A stretch of DNA of 63,510 nt, filler included, from Collodictyon triciliatum (taxonomy: Eukaryota), in assembly GCA_043381765.1 (NCBI GenBank). It is 7 parts of 7 records of this genome, joined end to end, with 100 filler letters (N's around TTAATTAATTAA, not from the genome) between each part and the next. Parts side by side here need not be neighbours in the genome. Positions count along the whole stretch, not along the records: positions 10,989 to 21,836 come from JBHJMP010002540.1; positions 21,937 to 32,340 come from JBHJMP010002542.1; 5 more parts are not named here. One strand, given 5' to 3'. The translations under genes were made by a program, and so were the position numbers. Positions 14,145 through 26,100 of this stretch are shown here, in pieces; position 1 is the stretch's first letter; each line of letters opens with the position of its first letter. The notes under the pieces were generated by a model, which saw nothing but the letters and a program-made list of their open reading frames with translations, made no database searches and was not told the origin of the DNA.

Positions 14145-15266
14145 CTACGGGAGGGGGAAAGGGACGCGGGCCGAGAGGAAGGAGCCGAGCTTCTGGCGGG
14201 GGTAGGGGGCGTGGGCGGTGCGGGTGGCGAGGAGGAGGCCGGAGGTGGCGTTGTAGAGGAGGGTGGCGCCGACGGCGGGGAAGGCGGAGGGGTCGGCGGG
14301 GAGGGCGTAGTCGGGGGCGCCGGCGAGGAGGAGGTGTGCGTCGGGGTGGAGGCGCAGGGCGGAGCCGAGGCGCAGGGGGGCGGGGGCGGCGGGGGCGAGC
14401 TTGGAGGCGAGGGTGCAGGATGCGGGGGTTGCGGAGAAGTCGCAGCGGAAGACGTAGACGGCGCCGCACACGGGGTTGAGCGGGGCGGCGGGGGCGGCGG
14501 GGGCGCAGCGCTGCATGGGGGCGCCGACGGCCAGGGTTGCGGAGGCGACGCTTGCGGAGGCGAGGGCCACGGCCATGCCCAGGTAGTCGCCGGGGCCGCC
14601 GTCGGGGGCGGTCAGCGCAGCAACCTGCAGCCACGCGCCGGGGGCGGAGCGGCGGAAGACGTATGCGGCGCCCTGCAGCAGGTGCGGGTCGATCTTCTTT
14701 GCGTGCGCGCCCGTGGCCAGCAGCCCCGCCGGGCTCAGCGCCACAGCATACCCGATGCGGTCGTACGCGAAGGCGTCCGTTGTCCGCAGCAGCCCCGGCG
14801 CGTCCGCCGTCCAGCCGCCGGCGTCGGTGCTGTTGCGCACGAGCACGCGCACCCCGCCCTCCTGCGCCCCGCCCCCGAGCATGTCGCCCACGGCGCAGAC
14901 CACCGTCCCGCTGCCGCTGCCGCTGCCGTCCAGCGCTGCCACCGCCACGTTCGGCGACTCCGCCCCCGTCTGCGTCCACGCCGCCTCGCACACCCCCGCC
15001 ACGCTGCCGCTCGTGATCCCCAGCGCGTGCGTCCCGTCCTCCTCCCGCCACAGCGTAAACACCGCCCCGGCCGGCAGCTCGTCCATGATGTCGATCCCTG
15101 ACGCCCCCGCCCCGCCCCACTCGCACACCCGTCCGCACGTCCACACCCACGCGCACACCCACACCCACGTCCACGTCCACGTCCACGTCCTCATCTGCAC
15201 TCGCTGTCGCTGTCGCTGTTGCTGTTGCTGTTGCTGTCCGCCCGTGTCCTTGTCTCGCCTGCTCAT
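14145..15266 (-). CDS. Intronless, very GC-rich FG-GAP (integrin-alpha beta-propeller-type) repeat protein
   Basis: DRIGYAVAL..LLATGAH..QGAAYVF, DYLGMAVAL..LAVGAP..CGAVYVF, LGSAL..LLLAGAP..VGATLLY; ATG at 15266 (alternative M before RTWTWT), stop at 14145. Confidence 0.75.
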   Translation of the reverse strand: MSRRDKDTGGQQQQQQQRQRQRVQMRTWTWTWTWVWVCAWVWTCGRVCEWGGAGASGIDIMDELPAGAVFTLWREEDGTHALGITSGSVAGVCEAAWTQTGAESPNVAVAALDGSGSGSGTVVCAVGDMLGGGAQEGGVRVLVRNSTDAGGWTADAPGLLRTTDAFAYDRIGYAVALSPAGLLATGAHAKKIDPHLLQGAAYVFRRSAPGAWLQVAALTAPDGGPGDYLGMAVALASASVASATLAVGAPMQRCAPAAPAAPLNPVCGAVYVFRCDFSATPASCTLASKLAPAAPAPLRLGSALRLHPDAHLLLAGAPDYALPADPSAFPAVGATLLYNATSGLLLATRTAHAPYPRQKLGSFLSARVPFPLP

Positions 15267-15516
15267 TCTGTCGGGCAAATCGGTTTAGTCTCCCTCCTCC
15301 GTCACTCGCCCCATCCGCGCTGTTTGCCTATCTTGTCCGCTGCTCCTTCCTTCTGTCAAGAAAACCGCTCCCTGGAATTTGCAATCTCGGCGTCTTTTGA
15401 ACCGTCTCTGGTCTGCCTGGTGCGTTGGCAGGTCATTCTTCCATCCTCGCTTGTCTCGTCTCGCTTTTCCCTATTTTTTTTTCTTTTATGTCCTCTCGGC
15501 AAAGTCAGAAACGACA

Positions 15517-16420
15517 AATTGTCACCGCGATGCTCTTTCGTTCTATGCACAACCACTCCGGATTCGTCGTAACCGACACTCCGGCCGTTTTTTTTCGTGT
15601 TCTAACGGATACCACACACCCGCTACTACCTAATCCAATCAGACATCTCACTGCACCACACCCTTATTCGTCCGAGAAATGTATCTTATTCTCCCGCTGT
15701 TTTTTCTCCTCTTTCTTTGAAAAGTCAGATTTTGCGGGCGCACTCTATTTTTTTCTTATATTACAAACTCAATCCAAAACTCGCAACCCTACATTCTGTC
15801 CCCTGTACTTATACCCCTTCGTCCAAACTCATATATAAACTCACATTCTATCCCACACCCTTATAAAAATCCCCGGCTCATTCCACAATGCTCCTTCAAT
15901 CCTTCATTTCTTCAGTCCTTTCGGCCACTTTAAAACACAAACCCAACAAAGTCCCGCCCAATGCTCCGGTCCGTTCGTCTTTGCTTCTTGGGTGTCTTGT
16001 CCATTCTCTTTTTGCTTTTACTTTTCAAAGTCTTTCACTTTCCACACAATTCAATGAAAAAGTCTTTGTCCACTTCGGCCTTTTATTCGTTTCTTTCATG
16101 GCCGTTTCCATCCCCATCCCGTCCACCCATCCATCCCTCTGCTCGCCCAAGTGTTTGGTGTTTTCTTTTATTTTGAGTCCAAAGCACAACAGACGGGTGA
16201 TATTCTCACAAACGAACTTTTTCCACTTAGCCTCTCCTTTGTCTCTCTCTTTCCCTCTCTGCTCATTGATTATTGGTTATGAGTTGCCTGTGATTGTGCC
16301 ACGTCTTTCACGCACGCATCTGAGCCAAAGAGCAACCATAGTCTTGCGCGAGAAGGCGATCACATCGCCACCATCTCGAGACACTCATCCCCACAACAAT
16401 AACCTTCATTTTTTTTCTTT
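15517..16420. repeat. Inner ~900-bp inverted repeat, right arm
   Basis: aattgtcaccgcgatgctctttcg...aaccttcattttttttcttt is the reverse complement of 13033-13932. Confidence 0.95.
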
Positions 16421-16641
16421 TGCCATCACATCAGCCCAAATCAAAAACCTACAAAAAAAAAAAATACACTACTACAAACAAAAATATTACCACGAAATTG
16501 AAATGCATATCATAGAAAGGATTTCCACCCTCGAGCCCCAACCAACACCACAATCCGGAGCGGCAACCTTCGTCTGCCTGCAAAACAAATACAAGGCCGC
16601 CCGAATCCGCGTCTGTCAGAGTGTCACACAAACACAACCCG

Positions 16642-19600
16642 ATGCAATCCCTTCGTTTGGCTCTTCTGGCCGTTGGCTTCACTGCAGCCCTCCTTCTGCT
16701 GCCCGTCAAAGTCTTTGCCGTAAGTAGGCCATATTCGAGTATTATGTTTCGCTTGTTTCAAACTCTGCCCAAAGAACAATGATCGTAAAATAAAATTAAA
16801 AAGATGCCTCCAACGTGTCAAAACTCAATCCTTTCATGGCATCCCTTTGCTAACCCCTATTTTTTTTAAAAAAAAAAAAAAACTGGCCCTAGATCGTAGA
16901 GACTGTTGTGTACGATCACCCCGATCCCAGGCATGATGAGGGTCGACTTTACCCACTGAGCCCAAACTTCAGTCCAGGAGTCTTTGACATTACAAACTTC
17001 AAAGTCTCCCACGACTCTACCAATGCGTACTTTACCCTTTCCTTCCGTGGCATCAACAATAACTTCAACGGCTTCTATGGTATGGTTTTCTTTCTTATCT
17101 TATTTCTGTCTTTCTCTTATCAAGAATGAATTATTCTAATTTTAATTTACTTTTTCACTTCCTTGACTAATGAATCCATATATACGTATATAACAGGATT
17201 CTCTATGGAAATGTGCCAGATCTTTGTTGACGCAGACCGTCGCTTCGATAGTGGCAGCTACGACTCGTTCAAGTCCAGTGTAAACTCTGTCACAGACTTT
17301 GACTCGGAGTACCCCTATGAGTTCACTTTGTTCTTTCACGGCTGGTATTGCTATGCAAAGTCTGTGGATGATTACATGGGAACTCCAGCCAGAACAATAT
17401 ACCCTCGTCCCTCTGTAGTAAGTTCATGTTGTATTTTCCATGACTGACGATATTATTCCATGCATAACAATTAAGATGAAACTGACTAGAACATATTTTC
17501 ACTAAATAATAATAATAACTAAGGTCAATATAACCAACATCGTTGTGCCCGTTCCTTTGTCATTTGTGAGTATGCCCTATCTTCATCAAGAATTTGGCAA
17601 AAAAAAAAATACTTTGTTTGATTCAAAGCTATATAGAATTGTTTTTTTTTTATTCTTCCTTTCAACTTTTTGTGCACGACCGAGGGGGGGTGTTGGCTAA
17701 AGCTATATAGAATTGTTATGATATCTTTGAAAGAGTGATAAATCACTTTGTTACGTAAGCGATAATAATGATTAGTGTACCCCTAATAATAACCTCACTA
17801 TTCTGATTCGCAGACTGGAACACCTCGCAGCGACTGGGCTTACACAGTATGGTGCGGATCTGAAGACTTTGGGAGCTTTCGCAACGTCATCAAAGTCCCT
17901 CTTGAATGGGTCGCTGGAGGTGGAGACGATGGCGTGACAGATCCAAACGTGAGCTATAACCCCAATTCCTCCGTACTACAAGAATAACATCACCAAAGAC
18001 TTTCCCCTTTCCCTATCACGTTCAAGCTATGAGAATAACTCTCTTGTCCTCTCATAGCTCCTGGATATTCTTGTACCCTCCAACGTCAACAAAACCGATA
18101 TCTGGAACATGTACAAGACCCAAGGAAAGACCGTGGTCCCAGCTGTAGGAAACGACATTTACATGAACTCCATAATTTTCAATGTGGACGACCCTGCAGG
18201 GTTTGTAGCCCAACACTTTTTTTTTCCCCCCAATCATAACCGCAAATAAATACTCCCCGTGACTACCGTCTTCTTTAGTTATTTAGCAATTTTACTATTT
18301 ACTTTCCATTTTTAACGCTCACTGTCATGATATCTTTATATGTAATAGAGACGAGCGCGGTACATATCCACTGATAAACGGCGTCGCTCCGGGCTCGTTC
18401 GATATTGTCAACTTCAAGGTTAGATTGCACTTCACTCCGCCCGCTCGCCATGAGCGAATAATACACTTTTCTTCGATATATTTTTCTTTTTCTTTTTCCT
18501 TTATGTTTTGTCATTTTTTTATATTTTCATTTGGTCTTATTTTTATTTTTTTTTGGAATCAAGGTCATGGAGAATCCAAAGTACGTCATCTTTCGTGTCA
18601 GAGTGACAAAATTATCAGAGGATAAAACAAAGCAAAATAAGTTCAAGAACCTCCTGCTGCACTTCTATGTGGATACTGATAGAATGTATTAGACTGTATT
18701 CAGAACAAACAACCAAATAATTACATATCTTAGCATCATGTGCTACATGCTTGATTACTCTGGTCTATTCGATTTTCTAAACACATGTGACCACTTGACA
18801 GCTTCCTCTCAGGACAGCAATCCAGCTTGTCCGACGCAGCGTTCAATATCGCCGACGATAAGTACACCATCTCTCTCTCTCTCTGTCAAGATGGCGCGTT
18901 ATTCATACAGGACTCGGTCACTTTACATATGACAATTTGCAACACCTTTTTTTCCTCCCATTCATTCTTATTTTTATTTCTCTGGTTTGATTGATTGATC
19001 AGTTTTTTCAATACAGGGGATGGGAGTTTGCTATTTCGATTGACGGAGACCAGGTTGTAATGACACGAGTCCAGTCATCCAGCGATTCCTCGACCAGCAC
19101 CGTCACCACAGGGTTCGTTGTGTACGCCAGCAACAATATTGTGCAGGTAGACAATTCAATCCAGCGGTGTATAACTTCAATATATTTTCAATCATGTAGA
19201 GTACTTGTATGTACATAAGGGTCATTTCACACAGTCTCATCGATTCTATCCGATAACAACTTAGGTTTCCGTATTAAAATCAGATTTACAAGGACTGCCA
19301 AGCCTGTCAGATACTACTCATTGGGAGTATATCGTAGCATCGGGATACTCTGATAACCACAAGATGCTTCCGTTCAAACAAAGCGTATTCTTTCTTAACT
19401 ATTTGATGTGAGGTGCAATAGGAATATGCACTTTGGAGATATCAAAGACACCTAAGAGACAAATCAACTTACTTTGTTGTGTGCTGTATGGCAGGCAAGC
19501 GCGAGCAGCTTCGGCGGGGGGCTGGACGGCAAAAGTACATCCAATGTGGTAGACATCATCGACTTCAACAACCTAGCGCAGTCCAAGGTACGCAACACAT

Positions 19601-20126
19601 CAACACTATGGCAAAATGGGGTTGGTAGTCGCCATCGGTAGCGGCTGGGGTCTATGTGATTGAATATCCATAACCATAACCATAACCATATTTAAACTTT
19701 AACATCTGGCACACAAAATAGATTCTTGACAACAAGATAGTCGAAGCGGGCGGAGCGATAGGAATCCAGATGATGAACAGCGGGCAACTAGCGTACTTTG
19801 TGCTGACGAGCCAGACGGATAGCAGCAATGACGAGAGAGGCATCTACCCAAGCGGGAGTGGATTTGATGGATGGAGAGTAGGCGGGGGGCTCTTCGACCT
19901 GGTATGTGACGCTGTGACATGAATAAGATGGAAGATGGATAACAGCTTGCATTTTTTCTTTGGAAGCATCCCAATACGAATGCTATCACAGTCTTGACTA
20001 ATCTTATGGTCATGCAACGGGCAGACCAACATGCAAGCATCCAGCGACTCGGTGAATCTTCGCATCCGACTAGGAATTCGCAAGCTCAAGAGCGACGGCG
20101 GAGCTGATGGTAATAGCAGAGGAATA

Positions 20127-20175
<49 letters not shown>

Positions 20176-21824
20176 AGATGAGATGAGATGATTTTTTTGT
20201 TTGTTTGTGGTAGTTGCTTTGAAAAAAAATCATGAGAGTGGTATATGGGCCGTGGCAATAAGGAAGAACTGATTGAATGATGATTGTATATATACGAGCA
20301 GGGTCGGACCATATTTTGGGACAGGTGTATATCGACGGAGACAACATCTTCGGGTCTGGGCGGATCGACTCGATTGGAAATGGGAATCTTCAGGTGCATC
20401 CGAAGTATGGATGGGAGATGTGTATGACATTTGATGTCTCCACACGAACGATTCGGGTATGAAGCAGTAGTTTTTTTTTTTTGGAATTTTTTTATCACAA
20501 TCAATTTAGCCAAATAAACAAGTATGCACCATTTAATTACTGGTTTTAGATTGACTCTCAAGGAGACCCTGTGTACTATAATTCACTGAGCGTCCAAGGT
20601 CCTTTCTTGGTTGGGTACTTTACCATCTCGCAGCTTCCCTACAAAGATATCTCCAGTACTTGGTCATACTCAATTTTCGTCGGTGCTAGACAAGGTGATA
20701 CATAAGTACACATCACCGACATACAATTCATTTAGTCAATTCAATTCCTCATTACTGTATATATGTACTATTCTCACCTATTATCTTATTCATAAGGACC
20801 CATATCCTTCATGCCGTTTAATGCCAGTCCCTCGGGAACTGCGTTTGGTGGAGGAGATGATAGCGATTATGACCCGAATGCAGTCGACATGCTTGTTCCA
20901 GATGGTTTGTTTTTTTTTAATTAATCTAATTTAACCACAAAGGTATTATTAAAAATGGCAATTTTGCTGATTAAAATAATACTATTTCTATCTTTCATCA
21001 AATAGGAGGTGTGCAGTCTGAGGTCTTGGAATCATGGAACTCTGAGACAATGACAAAGGCTGTTCTTCCAGCAATTGGAAACACTGTGATGTTTGCGACA
21101 ACTTCATTCTTCATCGTGGTATGTTCTTTTCAGTCCTAAATAAAATAAAATAAAAGAGGAGGCGTTGCGCCTAAATTGTGTCTGTTCATCTCTCTAAATC
21201 TCATCGCCCATGAACAGGATGCACTCGGAGACGAGTATGGTTCCTACCCAACAAATCCTATCTTTTCACCTAAGCGAGGTATAGACCTCATCAAGAAATC
21301 TTCCTTTTCCTCCTTTCTTGTCTCATACCACAAATACAGCTATTCATACTAAAGACCATGTTCGATTGCTTAATATTCCCAAAAACGAAATTTTTTTTAG
21401 GACTATTTGACTTGGAGTACTTCACAGTGGACTATGACGATGATTTTGTGTATTTCAGCACAAGCGTGGAAAAGATTGGAGCCACTGTCTCGACCGAGAA
21501 TGGAATGGGCTTACTGGGTATTCAAATATATGTCGACACTGACCGAGTATGGTCGAGTGGGTGCACCCAGGCGTATTTGAATCCTGGACTCCAAATGAGT
21601 CCTTTCTATGCCTGGGAGTTCGCTCTTCATTTGTCTGGACAGGGAAGCTCCCTGCTGGTTGCAAACAAAACCACCAACACACCTACGACTGTGTCTACCC
21701 TTGTTACAACACTCTCTGGAAAAGGTATCTTGGTCAAGATTCCGATATCTATTGTTGGCACTCCAAACTCCAACTGGAACTACGTTGTTGTCAGTGGCTC
21801 CGTCGTCAACAACAAAGGAAAGGT
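16642..21824 (+). CDS. Secreted protein with at least 4 tandem glucodextranase-C/DOMON-like domains, paralog B (3' truncated by contig end)
   Basis: Signal-peptide exon MQSLRLALLAVGFTAALLLLPVKVFA; four repeats of D-x2-(G)DE-x-G-x-YP...G-x-FD(L/I), (Q/H)-x-(Y/F)-(V/I)-D-x-D, (W/Y)E(F/M), GGG-x-D...N-x-(L/V)D: at ~16893, ~18190/18349, ~19815, ~21218. Confidence 0.8.
18058..18395. repeat. Outer inverted repeat, right copy
   Basis: Reverse complement of 10989-11324, including the intron. Confidence 0.95.
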
Positions 21825-22108
21825 AATCACTCCTTCNNNNNNNNNNNNNNNNNNNNNNNNNNNNNNNNNNNNNNNNNNNNTTAATTAATTAANNNNNNNN
21901 NNNNNNNNNNNNNNNNNNNNNNNNNNNNNNNNNNNNTTCTTTTTTCTTTTCTTTTTTCTTTTCTTTTTTCTTTTCTTTTTTCTTTTCTTTTTTCTTTTCT
22001 TTTTTCTTTTCTTTTTTCTTTTCTTTTTTCTTTCTTGCTTTTGCAGTAATGCGTTTTATTTCTATGTTTTCTTTCGTTGACTTTGGCTTTGGTTCGTGGG
22101 TGATGCAG

Positions 22109-22228
22109 GAGTTCATCAAACAAGCGTTGAAGGGACTAAGCGAGGAAGAAAAGGCACAGTTGGTTTCTCTTATGCAAAGCGATGCCGAGCGCCTCAAGTC
22201 TGTTACAAAGATTCTTTCCAGCGCGTAA
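22109..22228 (+). CDS. Probable terminal exon of an unidentified gene (upstream lost at linker)
   Basis: Acceptor tgcag, then EFIKQALKGLSEEEKAQLVSLMQSDAERLKSVTKILSSA-stop. Confidence 0.4.
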   Translation, partial: EFIKQALKGLSEEEKAQLVSLMQSDAERLKSVTKILSSA

Positions 22229-23155
22229 TACGGCCGAAAAAGCGACAAATATTGGAAAGTGATTAAATAAAATACCGTCGCAACCGAAATAATACATTAA
22301 GAGCTGCAGAAAGAAAGCAGAAAAGAACATAAAGAAATAGGAAACAAACTCTCGCTAATGCGGTGCTCAGTGAGTATATCGTCGAATGGTGACCAACCTG
22401 CATTTGAGAGAGGATAACACGCACGATATGACAGCATTACGGATGATTAAAACACATGTAATTCTTTCCTGAACTCTTTTTTTTTCTTTTATGTGTCTGT
22501 AATGAATCAGCTGATAATGCCACAGTTTGGGATAAAGAGGCGCGTCGCTGGATATAAGCCAGGAAATGGAGCACCATCAAAGAGACAGAATGTGTCCACA
22601 CAAGGAATCATGGTTTGGACAACTTTTGCACCCCTTTGGCCGCATTACCAGAAACGAGTTGTCCAGCCAAATCCCATCAAACACCATCACGAAAGAAACA
22701 ACGCAGGAATCGCAGAAATCGCAGAAATCGCATGCGAACTGGAAGAAAGATTAGGAAAAGAAACCGAGATAAGTAAAGAGGATGTATAGACGAATGAACA
22801 GACAAAGGCCTACGATACACATCCGCCCCCACCCATGCAAAGCCAAAACCTGGCTTATAGAAGAAGAAGAAAAAAGAAGAAAAGAAGAAAAAACATGGAT
22901 GATTATCGTCATAATTCAGAAGCTTGGAAAGTTTTCTCATCGAGCACACTTACCGCAATCGACCGCCCAAACCTCAGATCCACACGACCAAAAAAAAAAA
23001 ATGAAACAAAAAAATTAAAAATAATTATTAATAATAGTTAAGTAGAGTAACAAAAAGACAGAAAGTAAAACCACAATAATAATAATAATAATAATATTAT
23101 TAATATGATAAAGTAACAAAACAAAACAAAACAAAAAAACAAAGGCCAAGGACAA

Positions 23156-26100
23156 ATGGGCTGCCTCTCATCGCACCCACCGCGCCCTCCGGCAAACACG
23201 GACACAAACCACCCCGCACCAGAATCCTCCAAACACAGCTCCTCAGCCGAAGGGGATCGAACCAGCAACGAGAAAAGCAAAGGCAAAGGCAAAAGCAAAA
23301 GCAAAAGCCAAGGCAAAGGCGGACAAAGTCCCACAAAGCCCAGCCTGGACGAGCTGCTGCGCGAGGGCGACTGTGCCTTGCGAGACGGAGCAAACAGCAG
23401 CGCGCTCGAGTGTTTTCAGGAGGCCATCAAGCAAAGCCCGGCAGATTATTCGCTGCTTCTGCGCCGAGCCGAATGCCATCGCCGACTGCGCGAGTTTGAC
23501 CGCTGCCTCGCAGATGTGGACACGTTTCTTCAGCGACACGCTGCACAAAGACACGCCGAGAAGGCAAAGGGGACGGCAAAGGAAAAGGCGAAACAAAAGC
23601 AGAATACAAAGGGTGGAGCCGCTGCAAAACCTGCCGGAGCTTCAGTTGTTGCTGCTGATGGTGATGCTGATGGTGATGACGATATTGGTGGTGGTGGTGG
23701 TGGTGGTGGTGTTGCTTCGCGAGAGTTTGATCGTTCCGCGGAAAAGGACGACGCGCTCATCGAAGCTGCAATCATCCGAGCCGATTGTCTCTTGGACATG
23801 GGTGATTATCAACGCGCAGTCTCTGTATACAGTGACATCGTGCAGAACCGAGCATCGGATCCAGATTTACTGGCGCATCGTGGTGTCTGCTTCTTTCATA
23901 TGAAAAAGTATCAAGAGGCCATTCATGACTACACAAAGGTGGGTTTGCTCTGTATATTGGGTACTTTTGTCAGAATGATTTTATTCAGCCGTAAAGTAAT
24001 CCATGTATTCTCTGTGCAGTCGATTTCCTTGAACAGATCAAATCCGATTGTGTTTGCAAATCGTGCGAGATGCTATTTCGAATTGTCAAGGTTTAAGGAA
24101 GCGATCCAAGACTACGGGGAGGTGATTTTCCTCTCCTCTTCTTTTTTTTAATTGTATTTTAATGCAAACTTACTTTTGGTTCGTTTCTGTTGTTCGAAGT
24201 TATCATTCATGTTTTTTTTTTAATTGCGGTCTTAATTGTTCTGATATATATATATATTTTTACTTAAATACGTATTTCATTTTAAAAAAAAATAAACATC
24301 AGGCCCTCGCTCTTGATCCGGAATATGCGATTGGATACTACATGCGCGGAAAAGCTTATCTTGCCATCGAAGACAGCAAAAGTGCCATGGCGGACTTTAC
24401 TAATGTGATTGGCATCGATGCGCAATGTGCTCCGGCCTACCTCCAGAGAGGGAGGTTGTATGATCGGTGCGGAGAACAGGAAAAAGCCATCGAGGTAATG
24501 AACTCTCCATACTTATTTTTCTATTTTAATTCAAACAATTTCCCGGATTCATGCTGTCATTATTTTCAACTTATGAATAACCATTTTTCTTTTTTGTATA
24601 AGAAATCTGATATATAGTTAGTGGCTTTGTACCTAACCAAAATATTATATACGGTCAACGACGATCAGGACTTTTCACAGTCCATCCAACTGGACCCGAA
24701 TTCAGCAGTGGCTTATTTTGAAAGAGGAGGATTATTTTGGAAACTGAAGAATACAAAAAAGGCGTTGGACGATTTCAAATCTGCGATTCAGCTTGATCCT
24801 ACCAATCCAACACTGTATCTCCACCGAGGACGGATTTACATTTCAAATAAGGTTTGGAGAAAAACTGTCCAATTTCCTTTTTTATTGGTACACTTAGCTA
24901 TTGTAGATAATTGATTGTGGCAGTATTCGCATAGGATAATGGTTGTGTATTTAGCTAAAACCTCCCACTTTCATAGATGTCTAACTATGAATTATTCCAA
25001 ATCAGGATTTTGCTATGGCTATTGTAGACTTCACAGAAGCTTACAAGCTCGATAATCAATTAGTTGCAGCCCTTTCTGAGAGGGCAATCGCACACATCGC
25101 ACTGAATCGGTATGAGGATGCCCTCAGAGACCTCAATTCATTCATCAAACAAAAGGTGGTTCTTAACTTAGTGAGGAGTGTGGTCTTGAAACGCACGAAA
25201 GAAAATAAACCCTATATTATGGTGCATTCCATTTATCTTCAATAGTTTATTGGCAATTTATCGACTATTTTCTGTATTCTATTGATGCTATTGAGTGTGC
25301 CTACTAATGATCTCTTATTTTATGTATTATTCATATAAACCACAGAACGACCCGCAGGTATTGTTTGAAAGAGGCCGTGTTTTTGTCAAGCTTGACAGAT
25401 TTGAAGAGGCGCAAAAGGACTTTGAAAAGTGTCTAGAATTAAAAATGGCGGACCCACAATTATTTTTAGAGCTCGCTCGCATTTCGTCCACAAAACGAGA
25501 GTGGGAACCTGTTCTCAAACATTTAGATAAAGGTAGAAACAATACACCTTTATTTTATCAGTGCAATATTGGTTATAATTTTTTTCATTATGGTAAGGAG
25601 TAAGACATATATCATATTTATTTCACGAGAAGTATAGGAGGTGAACATCACAAGTATCATAACTAAGTATTCGAAATATACATAATTTTTCAAATGTATA
25701 GCCATACAGTTGGATTCTACTTTTGTTCAGGCATTTATGATGCGCGGTTCTACTTATTATGATATGGGAGATATAGACCACGTAAAGAAAAAAAAAACAA
25801 TAGAAACTATTCAGAAAGAATTGTCACATTAAACACATGCACGACAGTTATCTTCCGCTAATCCACAGTTTAACGATGCATTTCTTTTAAAAAAAAATTG
25901 CACTATCGCAGGCAATTGAAGATATATCCAAGGTTATATCGTTATCACCCAATAACTCTATTGCATATCACAATAGAGGTTGCTGTTATTTTGACAAGGT
26001 TTGTGGGAGTTTTATAAAATTCCTATTCATATATTTTGAATGAATGTTTTTTATTCATATTTTTTTTTTCATCTCTTACTATTAGTGTCTTCATCGTTGT

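Noticed and set aside
13813-15288. Several overlapping long ORFs (457, 328, 191 aa) in the GC-rich spacer
   Set aside because: Shadow frames caused by stop-codon scarcity at high GC; only the FG-GAP frame has recognisable motifs.
13000-16450. Target-site duplication around the inverted repeats
   Set aside because: The flanks (gacacccatg / tgccatcaca) share no convincing direct repeat, so the unit was not called a transposon.
13128-16727. Long ORFs 13128-13946(-), 15425-15838(+) and 15888-16727(+) in the inverted-repeat arms as duplicated genes or a transposase
   Set aside because: F/S/L-rich low-information translation, frame broken between the two copies, and no transposase motif.
22493-22789. 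98-aa ORF upstream of the TPR gene
   Set aside because: No recognisable motif or supported splice structure.
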